A stretch of DNA of 58,446 nucleotides from a virus (lineage: Duplodnaviria; Caudoviricetes): positions 1 to 58,446 of the IMG/VR virus record IMGVR_UViG_3300025012_000101; one strand, written 5' to 3'. The translations under genes and the position numbers were made by a program. The first letter of the stretch is position 1, and the number at the start of each line of letters is the position of its first letter. The notes below the pieces were generated by a model. That model was not told the DNA's origin and did no database searches. It saw nothing but the letters and a program-made list of their open reading frames with translations. Positions 8,937 to 16,224 of this stretch are shown in pieces.

Positions 8937-10246
8937 GCTGCTTCCCCCTTGGTATTTTGGTTAATTGAAATTGATCGTGTTGATCCGGTGTGATTAAGCA
9001 TTGCACGATACGAGCGCAGCGCGTCGGTGCGGTCGCGCCCACCTGATTCGTGCTGACGTAGGCGCTGGTGGTAGCGGCTGCGGATGTAGCGCCCGGCGGA
9101 AATATGTTGCGGCCAGACGACATAACCCAAGAAAGGAATTCCCGCGCTGGCCGGCGCAAGTCGAATCTTGTGTGGATGGATGGTCAGGCCGTCGCTGGCC
9201 AGCTTGGCGGTGATCTGTGCGCATAGGGTTTGTAATTCTTCGTGCGACTCGCCCAGGATCACCATGTCGTCCACATAGCGGATGTAACGCCGGACGCGCA
9301 TGGTTTCTTTGATCCAGTGGTCGAAGTCGTTCAGGAATATGTTGGCGAATAGCTGGCTGGACAGGTTACCGATGGGCATTCCCTTGGCTGCCGTCTGTCG
9401 ATATAGCGTGGATTCATCGAACAGATGGTCGTAGCTGCTATCTGTTTGGAACGAGTCGATTAGGTTGACCAGCAGCACGCGCAGTTCGTGATCTCCGATG
9501 TAGCGCAGCACGCGCTCCTTGAGTAGGGCGTGATTGACCGAGTAGAAATATTTGCTGATGTCGAGCTGCAATACCCAAGTGGCATTATCGCTACGAGCGA
9601 ACTGCGCCAGTCTGCGCACGGCGGCATGGGTGCCTCGGCCTGGCAGGTTTCCGTAGGTATCGTGGATGAACTTCGGCTGCCAGATCGGCAGCAGGAAGCG
9701 GTAGAGCATCCAGTGGACGATGCGGTCTTTCATCGGAGCGTCCACCACATCGCGCCATTTTTTCTCGCGCACGGTGAATGTCTTGTATGGGCCGAAGGTG
9801 TAGCCCCGCTCGCGCAGTCTTTTCTGGATGGCGATCAGATGACGCAGCGGATCAGCAGAGAATCGCTGGATGCGCAGATTGTGAGATTTGTTCTTGCGGG
9901 TATTGAGCCAGCACGCGAACAGATTCGGCAGGCCGGTTAGGTGATGAAAGTCACTACCGCATTCCACTGCGCCACCCGTAGGCATCGCAGCGGTTTCCGG
10001 TTGGGCGTGTTGCCGTGCTTTTGGAACTTGCGCTCCGGGAGATTTTCGACCAAGAGTTGACCTTCCGTGGGTATCCCCAGCGTCTAGGCCGTTTTTTCTT
10101 GGGTCAGCGGAAGCCGATGTTGTCGTTGCGATTGCTGGGCTCGTAGTTGTTGAGATTGAAGACGCCCGCATTCGAGTCGGAACCCCAGCAGCCGCCCCGG
10201 ACGAGCGCATTACCAGACCTTTCAGAAAATCCCCCTCGTTGTTCAT
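8933..10246 (-). CDS. DGR-1 reverse transcriptase (catalytic core from about the ATG at 9985; frame open from 10246)
   Basis: KDRIVH, LQLDISKYFYSV, GMPIGNLSSQLFAN (DGR-type SQ motif), YIRYVDD and FLGY. Confidence 0.95.
   Translation of the reverse strand: MNNEGDFLKGLVMRSSGAAAGVPTRMRASSISTTTSPAIATTTSASADPRKNGLDAGDTHGRSTLGRKSPGAQVPKARQHAQPETAAMPTGGAVECGSDFHHLTGLPNLFACWLNTRKNKSHNLRIQRFSADPLRHLIAIQKRLRERGYTFGPYKTFTVREKKWRDVVDAPMKDRIVHWMLYRFLLPIWQPKFIHDTYGNLPGRGTHAAVRRLAQFARSDNATWVLQLDISKYFYSVNHALLKERVLRYIGDHELRVLLVNLIDSFQTDSSYDHLFDESTLYRQTAAKGMPIGNLSSQLFANIFLNDFDHWIKETMRVRRYIRYVDDMVILGESHEELQTLCAQITAKLASDGLTIHPHKIRLAPASAGIPFLGYVVWPQHISAGRYIRSRYHQRLRQHESGGRDRTDALRSYRAMLNHTGSTRSISINQNTKGEAA
10105..10219 (-). 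repeat. DGR-1 template repeat (TR1), 115 nt, about 22 adenines, AAC-rich
   Basis: Aligns without gaps to 11163-11277 and 16241-16355; all mismatches fall at TR adenines on the minus strand. Confidence 0.96.
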
Positions 10247-11091
10247 GGCTGTGCCTGTGTTGAACGGATAAGTCCGCCGACCAAGCGGCCAAGTTCAACG
10301 GCTAGACCCGCTCTGTGCTCAAAGTTGAGCGCAAGTATGCCTAGCCTTTGAGCCTGTGCGAGATAGTGCTTGATCAGGTCAATATCGGCGGAGAGAGACT
10401 TGAGTAGCTTCTGTTTGTTGTCCTCAAGGCCGTATGCCATAACACCGCGCATGATTCGACCGATGCAGATGCGTAGATTTTCGCCATAGGTGGTGCGCAA
10501 GTCGCGCGGCATCTTGATAATGTCTTGCAGGAGCTGCGTGTCCAGGTCTTGCGCCTTGGCCTTGAGCTGGAAACATGCGGCATCTGGGCTGGATAACAGT
10601 TGGGTGGCAGCAGCCTTGTTCACCTCGCCGCGTTGCTTGAGGTCATCGATCACATCTTGGATGACTTTCGTCGAAACGGATTCCAGTACCGAATTGTTAC
10701 CTGTCGGCTGGCTGGATACATAAACTGTGTGTCCGGTTGCCTGGTTTCCCAGCGCAACGACGTATGGAATGCCGAACTCTTCGACTACCGTCCACAACCT
10801 GCGCTTGAAATTTCCGACTGGAAATCCGATGCGAATATGCGGCTCGGTTGCAGCCCCGACGAGCTTGAGCTTGTACTTTTTCAGCGTAGCCAGCGCGTAT
10901 GCCGTGCGGTCATAGCCATGGAGGAAATTACCGGATTGCACCAATATCAAGTGGCCGGCGTGTTTCTCTTCCAGCTTCTGCGCGATGGTAGCTACCGGAT
11001 CAGCCTGCCCGAGTCCAGCCTCAATGCCCTTAAAGGCGCTGATGCTGAACCTGGTCAGTTCGTCGTTTGTTGGTGTCGGTATTTCTTGCAT
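10243..11091 (-). CDS. DGR-1 accessory protein: N-terminal MutS domain I-like region fused to a C-terminal Avd-like four-helix bundle
   Basis: HLILVQSGNFLHGYDRTAYAL...IGFP resembles the MutS mismatch-binding domain I. KMPRDLRTTYGENLR...ELGRLVGGLIRS resembles Avd. It lies between target and TR. Confidence 0.8.
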   Translation of the reverse strand: MQEIPTPTNDELTRFSISAFKGIEAGLGQADPVATIAQKLEEKHAGHLILVQSGNFLHGYDRTAYALATLKKYKLKLVGAATEPHIRIGFPVGNFKRRLWTVVEEFGIPYVVALGNQATGHTVYVSSQPTGNNSVLESVSTKVIQDVIDDLKQRGEVNKAAATQLLSSPDAACFQLKAKAQDLDTQLLQDIIKMPRDLRTTYGENLRICIGRIMRGVMAYGLEDNKQKLLKSLSADIDLIKHYLAQAQRLGILALNFEHRAGLAVELGRLVGGLIRSTQAQP

Positions 11092-11113
11092 GATGTTCCT
11101 AGTTAATTTTCTA

Positions 11114-11134
11114 GGTCACGGCTACGCCGCGACC
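11114..11134 (-). promoter_or_regulatory. Hairpin 3' of VR1 (DGR target-recognition element)
   Basis: Minus strand GGTCGCGGC-GTA-GCCGTGACC, 12 nt after the stop codon; conserved after VR2. Confidence 0.75.
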
Positions 11135-11146
11135 CGTGACCCGAGA

Positions 11147-11833
11147 TCAGAGACTCTTGGTGCAGCGGAAGCCGATGCGGTCGTGGCGATAGCCGGGCCC
11201 GAAGTAGACGAGATAGAAGACGCCCGCATCCGAGCCGGAACCCCAGCAGCCGCCCCGGACGAGCGCACGACCAGACCAGTTCCGCTCTCCGTCAGGCCGC
11301 CAGCCCATACCTTTTTCTTGCGATGGGTAGGGGGCAGTGGTCAGGCTTGGCGAATCCGCCTTGATGATGGTGGTCAATCCCAAGTCATTGCCCTGCACGT
11401 CGTCAAAAATCCACGAAAATACGTTGCCGTTTAGGTCGCAAACCTTCTCGCCATTCGATAGCGTCAACCAGCGGCGCTCCTTCGCATCGGGTGATTGGAA
11501 CGTACCAGGCTGTGCGCTCGAAACATTTCCTTTGCGCAGTCCACGGAATAGCTTGCCTTCGCCCACTTTCCCCTTAGTCCAGTTGCAATCCTGCTGGGCG
11601 GCATTAAGCCTGATCGCCAGTTCCTGTCTTTCAGTGACGAGCTGGCCGCCAATGTCTACGCACGCCGCTTTTGCTTCTTCAAAGCTGATGCGCACCCACG
11701 GTGTGCCATCCTCGGTGATAACTGCTTTCCCTCCAGCTCCCTTGCTGCAAGCGAACTGCCCATACTGGAATGCGGGAACGACAAGGCCGCTTGGTAGGGT
11801 AGTTTCTGGTACGGTGATGAATAGGTTTTTCAC
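11147..11833 (-). CDS. DGR-1 target protein A (FGE-sulfatase/C-type-lectin fold, C-terminal VR)
   Basis: GTG start at 11833 with GAAAGGGA RBS; PWVRISFEEAKAAC, DLNGNVFSW and RGGCW...IGFRC motifs. Confidence 0.9.
   Translation of the reverse strand: MKNLFITVPETTLPSGLVVPAFQYGQFACSKGAGGKAVITEDGTPWVRISFEEAKAACVDIGGQLVTERQELAIRLNAAQQDCNWTKGKVGEGKLFRGLRKGNVSSAQPGTFQSPDAKERRWLTLSNGEKVCDLNGNVFSWIFDDVQGNDLGLTTIIKADSPSLTTAPYPSQEKGMGWRPDGERNWSGRALVRGGCWGSGSDAGVFYLVYFGPGYRHDRIGFRCTKSL
11163..11277 (-). repeat. DGR-1 variable repeat VR1
   Basis: 15 of 115 mismatches to TR1, all at TR adenines (7 A>G, 5 A>T, 3 A>C). Confidence 0.96.
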
Positions 11834-11858
11834 AATATCCCTTTCGTTCTGGATTGAG

Positions 11859-12680
11859 TTATTTAACGGCGTACTTGCCAAGCATCGCAGGGATGTCGTC
11901 ATTTCCAATTGCATTTACGATGCACTCGGCGAACTGTTCTGCCATTTGCTCTTCGTGTTCTTCGATCTTGATAATGCGCAGATTGATGGCTGGCTTATCA
12001 GCGCCGGTCAGAATCCCAAGGCGCATCACAAAGGTGCGCTCGGCTATGTCCTTATACGGCACGCAAGTAAAACAAATCTCGGTAGGAAGCGGCTCCGTGC
12101 TAGATGCAGTGACACTTTCAAACGCGCTCCTGCTGGCGCTAAGTTGCTGCTCGGCGCTTTCCAGCTTACGCAGCGCTTCAATACTGATCTTGCGCACTGC
12201 CGCAATGGCCTTGTTCGCCGGAACATCAGCGCCGTCCTTGTGGCACGCAATCAAGTTTATCCAGTCTTCAAGAAATTCCGCGATGGCGGATTGCGGGTAT
12301 CCCTTTCCGTCAGCAATTTTGCGCAACGACTCATATGCAGCCGTGCGCTTCTGCTCCAGCCTGGCTGTGTTGTCTGCGTGACCTGGCTTTTCTTGCGTAC
12401 CTAGATTAAGCACGGCAGTTGCAATCATGCTTTCCGGCTCGATGAAGATTGCCGCGCCGAGTTCAGCATTTTTTTTCGCATAGCTTGCGAAGTCGCCGAT
12501 TACGCTCGTTACCATTGCTCCACGCAAACGGCGGCGCGTAGGCATGAACTTTTCGAGGTCGTGTATGTTGTGGTCAGAAGGTAGTGCGATAGCGCCGGTG
12601 GATTGACGATCTATTGCCGCGTTTGCAGCCTGAATTGCTTGAGCCTTTGAGAGTTCTTTTATTACGTCTGCGTCAAACAT
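11859..12680 (-). CDS. YfdQ / DUF2303 family protein
   Basis: LEKFMPTRRRLRG, AVLNLGT--PGHADNTA and AEFLEDW motifs; follows a YfdP-like gene. Confidence 0.85.
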   Translation of the reverse strand: MFDADVIKELSKAQAIQAANAAIDRQSTGAIALPSDHNIHDLEKFMPTRRRLRGAMVTSVIGDFASYAKKNAELGAAIFIEPESMIATAVLNLGTQEKPGHADNTARLEQKRTAAYESLRKIADGKGYPQSAIAEFLEDWINLIACHKDGADVPANKAIAAVRKISIEALRKLESAEQQLSASRSAFESVTASSTEPLPTEICFTCVPYKDIAERTFVMRLGILTGADKPAINLRIIKIEEHEEQMAEQFAECIVNAIGNDDIPAMLGKYAVK

Positions 12681-12706
12681 GATTTATCCTTATATTTAGT
12701 TGATAC

Positions 12707-13081
12707 TTATTTGTTTTTTACTTCGCCAGTTTGTTTGTCCAGAAAGCTCATCTGATTTTCTGGTGCAAGTGAGAGGCGACCATATTTGCCGACATGCAGA
12801 GGCGTTACGCGCTCCTCTTTCTCGCCTGCTGTTCCGTTCAGAGTAGGGCGCGTGAAGCTGAGTTGATGAGCGCAATGAACTTGCGTGGTTCCGGGGATGC
12901 GCTTGAAACTGAATTTAAGCGTCACATCTCCAACGCGGTCGTTGTCGATTACCGCCGCCGCAACCTGAGAAAGCGCCAGAGATAACTTGCGCTCTAACAC
13001 TCCTCCATCCAGGTCTTGAATGAAACCACCGACATCTGTTCCAGCATCACTTTCTTGTTGTGCTGCGGTTTTCTGATTCAT
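12707..13081 (-). CDS. YfdP-like phage protein
   Basis: FIQDLDGGVLERKLSLALSQVA and TPLHVGKYGRLSL; usual pairing with DUF2303. Confidence 0.75.
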   Translation of the reverse strand: MNQKTAAQQESDAGTDVGGFIQDLDGGVLERKLSLALSQVAAAVIDNDRVGDVTLKFSFKRIPGTTQVHCAHQLSFTRPTLNGTAGEKEERVTPLHVGKYGRLSLAPENQMSFLDKQTGEVKNK

Positions 13082-13111
13082 GCTCTTCGCTCCTTTTGTG
13101 AGTTAAATAAT

Positions 13112-13333
13112 TTACTTGGTAAGGTAGCCTGCAATGCCACGCGCTATTGCTGGCCTGCTCCAGTTCGCCATTGCGCGCAATTTCGTGCGCATCCAGCGTG
13201 GTCGCGCTTTAAGTAGCGCATCATGGATCGGGCGCAGCGATACCGGATTTTCAGGGTGCTTGTCGTTGTAGCTCTTGCTGTTGTTGCCGACTACATTGGC
13301 GTTCCTGATTGCAGTTATAGATTGCTTTTTCAT
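13112..13333 (-). CDS. Hypothetical basic protein
   Basis: ATGA-coupled to the upstream exonuclease gene. Confidence 0.55.
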   Translation of the reverse strand: MKKQSITAIRNANVVGNNSKSYNDKHPENPVSLRPIHDALLKARPRWMRTKLRAMANWSRPAIARGIAGYLTK

Positions 13334-15102
13334 GCTACCTTCCTTTCTTCGTGCTGAATGTCGCCACGGAACTCTTGCAGAATCCAGTCCAAAGCGGCTT
13401 CATTGGTTGTGCCAAAAGTGGTTGCAACAGCATCGAGCAGTTCGGCGCGATTGGGGCGGCGCGGCGAAATTGCCTGGGCGACGGATACCGGTGCGACGGC
13501 GTGCATCACGTCGGCAAGCGTAATGGCTCCGGCTTCTTCTCCTTGAGCAGGTAATGTTGCCGGTGACGGGAACGGCCATGTAGCGACCGGGAGGGCGATA
13601 GGTGCAGGCTTTGCGTCCTGCTCATCCTTGAGCTTTGCAGCAGCCTCTATAGCCGCTTTGGCGCGCTCTTCTTCATCCGCCTTTGCTTTGGCTTCTGCTT
13701 CTGACTTTGCGCGAGTGGCGGCTTCGGCCTCAATCTTGGCCTTGGCTTTGGCTTCTTCCTCAATGCGCATTACTTCGCGCTCAGCTTCCAGCTTTTCTGC
13801 TTCGGCGACTTGGTGATCTTTTATGCGGGTTGTGATCACCAGCTTAAAATCATCCATCGGCTTGCTGATAATTTGCGCAAGATCGTTGAACAGGAAACCG
13901 AACCCGGCGGAAGTTTCTTTGCACCACGTCAGTTTGGCGAGAATGTCCTTTGCTGCTGCATCAGCTGCAATCTTTCCGTTGGCCAGTGCAGTATCGACCG
14001 CATCCATCCATGCCGACACCAGACGCTTGCCTTTCATCGCCCCGGCAAAGTCTGGCTGCTGAATATTCAGACGAATTGGTTTGATCCAAGCTTCGAGCGC
14101 GGAGATGTGTTCGGAATAAGCCGTCTTGGCACCATTCAGGATCTCCAGCTTCTTCGCTTCCTTTTCCTTCTCGACATCCTTTTCAAGTTTTAGGGCGGTG
14201 ATGCGTAAATCTTCGTGCCATGCGTCTATCATGCGCGCCGCCGCACCTATGGTCAGAGTCTGCTCAAGCATCGCTTCCTTCGCGAGCATGAGCTTCTTGC
14301 CGGTCTCGCGGTATAACTTGGCGGCAGCCTCAGCATTGGAGAAATCCTGATCAGTTACGAGGCTAGTAGCGCGGACTGTTGCCAGCGAGGCCGCCAGCGC
14401 CTTTCCGAACTCGGCCATATTGTCGTCTGTGATTTCTCCCTTCGCGTGGACGAATAGGGCCGGAAGGGACAGGATCGCTTCGGCAGCAGGCTTCTCGATA
14501 ATCTCGACGTGCTGATAGTTTTCTCGGTCTTTGTTGAATTGCTCCCATCCTGCGCGGATGCGCTCGAACCAAACAGGATCAGGCAATATATCCATGCTGA
14601 CCATGCGCTCTTCGGTGCCGTCTGATACCGTGAATATCCAACTTTCTGCACCGGATACCATCAGGCATTGCTGTGGTTGTGCCATAAATTCATCTGGCAA
14701 TTCTTTCGCTGATACTGCGGCAGCAAGTGTTTCATTCCACTGTTTATGCTCCCATCCTTTGGTGCCCGACATGCGAAGACCATCGCACGAAGCTGAAGTG
14801 CGTCCGCGAGACAGCACGACCGGATATAGCTTGCTGCTTATCTGACGCTCGACGATTGGCCTAGCCAGCGCCTCTACCTCATGCCCGTAGTCAAGGATGT
14901 TTTCCTGCACCCATGAGCTGAACTCCTTTGTGATTCCGGATGACTTCATGCGCAAAAGTTCGGTGCGTGACGTTTTTTTGGATAGGCCAAGCATCGCAGC
15001 TGCTTCGCTTGCTCCATCATGGCTCATGCGGAATTCAATCCATTCAGGAGACCCCTGGATAAGTTCGTGCTCGATCAGCTCTTCTGTCATCATCTCGTCC
15101 AT
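13330..15102 (-). CDS. YqaJ-like (lambda exonuclease family) recombination nuclease with long coiled-coil C-terminus
   Basis: QGSPEWIEFR, GASEAAAMLG, GHEVEALAR, ASCDGL and WEHK motifs. Confidence 0.88.
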   Translation of the reverse strand: MDEMMTEELIEHELIQGSPEWIEFRMSHDGASEAAAMLGLSKKTSRTELLRMKSSGITKEFSSWVQENILDYGHEVEALARPIVERQISSKLYPVVLSRGRTSASCDGLRMSGTKGWEHKQWNETLAAAVSAKELPDEFMAQPQQCLMVSGAESWIFTVSDGTEERMVSMDILPDPVWFERIRAGWEQFNKDRENYQHVEIIEKPAAEAILSLPALFVHAKGEITDDNMAEFGKALAASLATVRATSLVTDQDFSNAEAAAKLYRETGKKLMLAKEAMLEQTLTIGAAARMIDAWHEDLRITALKLEKDVEKEKEAKKLEILNGAKTAYSEHISALEAWIKPIRLNIQQPDFAGAMKGKRLVSAWMDAVDTALANGKIAADAAAKDILAKLTWCKETSAGFGFLFNDLAQIISKPMDDFKLVITTRIKDHQVAEAEKLEAEREVMRIEEEAKAKAKIEAEAATRAKSEAEAKAKADEEERAKAAIEAAAKLKDEQDAKPAPIALPVATWPFPSPATLPAQGEEAGAITLADVMHAVAPVSVAQAISPRRPNRAELLDAVATTFGTTNEAALDWILQEFRGDIQHEERKVA

Positions 15103-15103
15103 G

Positions 15104-16159
15104 TTATTGACCTTCCTTTTCCCATGCGTCAATCTGGAATTGCTGTTCGTCGGTCAGGATCATCGAAGTTTTTGCGGTAGCGATGATTGCCTTTGCCTTT
15201 TTCTTTCCGCTACGCACCAGTGGCTCCCATTCTTTGCTCAGTTCAGCGAACTGCTCGGCGGTGCAGGCTTGCAACTCTCCCTTTCCGGCAGGCTTGCCGG
15301 TTTCTCCATTGCCTTGTTCTGCCTTGTTTTGCATCACGCTTTGCCAAGTCGCTTCGCCATCCTTGATCGCGCCGAAGATTCCACGCAGCGTCACGATTTG
15401 CGGCGGTGAGCATTTGGCTAGGTCATGCCCGAGATAGGAGGCCAGATCGGTCGCGGTAACTCCGATGGAAGAGAATGCGTCCACGATGCGCTTACGCTCT
15501 GCGTCAGGGTCTTTTGCCGCATCGTCCAAGCGAATCTTTTTGATGATCTCTTCAGCTTCATCGCATAAATCGCCTGGGATGATGCGCAGTCCGAGTGAAC
15601 GCATGGCCTTTGAGATCAACGCGCCGCGCTTATTGAGCAGGTCATCGTCAGTGCCTAGTACGGTGTAAACGTCCTTGTTGTAGCTGTTCTTGCGCACGCT
15701 GATGTAGGAGCCATCGCTATTCGGCTTGCTGCGTTCAACAGTTTTCGACACGCGCACGTCAAGCGGGTAGGTAATATTCGCTTCCAGATCGGTGACTGAA
15801 ACGCGGTGAACTTCTTTTTGCTCATCCTCGAAGATCATGGTGGTTTCGACCAGCACGTTCTTCATGCAGCGCAAGGCCACCTCAACAAAACGGATGCCCA
15901 AACCTTCAACGCCTTGTCCGATTGGCTTGATGTAGTAGGCGCTCTTGTTGTTGGCGAACGATGGCCGGCGGCATTCTTTGAGCAGTTCTTGCCGCACCGA
16001 ATCCATGTTGCGCGGATTGCGCATCGCCATGATGTAGCGTGACTCGACCATCGCCTTCGACTGTGCCGCGATCGCTGTTGATGCTGTTTCGACAACCGCC
16101 ATAGTCCGGCCTGTGCCGCCGAAATCTTCTTGTGTTGCCAGTGCTGTTCTATTGTTCAT
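15104..16159 (-). CDS. Putative single-strand annealing/recombination protein
   Basis: Directly upstream of the YqaJ exonuclease in the Red-like position; conserved-looking VEGLGIRFVE and LRIIPGD segments. Family not recognised with certainty. Confidence 0.55.
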   Translation of the reverse strand: MNNRTALATQEDFGGTGRTMAVVETASTAIAAQSKAMVESRYIMAMRNPRNMDSVRQELLKECRRPSFANNKSAYYIKPIGQGVEGLGIRFVEVALRCMKNVLVETTMIFEDEQKEVHRVSVTDLEANITYPLDVRVSKTVERSKPNSDGSYISVRKNSYNKDVYTVLGTDDDLLNKRGALISKAMRSLGLRIIPGDLCDEAEEIIKKIRLDDAAKDPDAERKRIVDAFSSIGVTATDLASYLGHDLAKCSPPQIVTLRGIFGAIKDGEATWQSVMQNKAEQGNGETGKPAGKGELQACTAEQFAELSKEWEPLVRSGKKKAKAIIATAKTSMILTDEQQFQIDAWEKEGQ

Positions 16160-16191
16160 GGTGTGCTCCTGATGTAATTTTGTTTAGCGAA

Positions 16192-16212
16192 GGCCACGGC
16201 TGCGCCGCGACC
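16192..16212 (-). promoter_or_regulatory. Hairpin 3' of VR2
   Basis: Minus strand GGTCGCGGC-GCA-GCCGTGGCC, 12 nt after the stop codon, the same spacing as for VR1. Confidence 0.75.
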
Positions 16213-16224
16213 CGTGACCAGCGA

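Noticed and set aside
8933-10246. RTs as group II intron, retron or Abi RTs
   Set aside because: Both have the DGR-type SQ motif, no maturase or endonuclease extension, and matching TR/VR pairs with adenine-only mismatches.
10104-10298. 64-aa ORF containing the TR1 translation as a third DGR-1 target
   Set aside because: It is the template itself read in the VR frame; it stops at the IMH* and lacks the downstream hairpin.
10985-11434. Similar plus-strand ORFs at 10985-11434 and 16132-16494 as a paralog pair
   Set aside because: Their similarity simply reflects the antisense of the duplicated VR regions.
11337-12404. 355-aa plus-strand ORF, and other long antisense ORFs such as 1404-2273, 35264-36166 and 46285-47085
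   Set aside because: Shadow frames opposite well-supported genes in GC-rich DNA, with no recognisable motifs.
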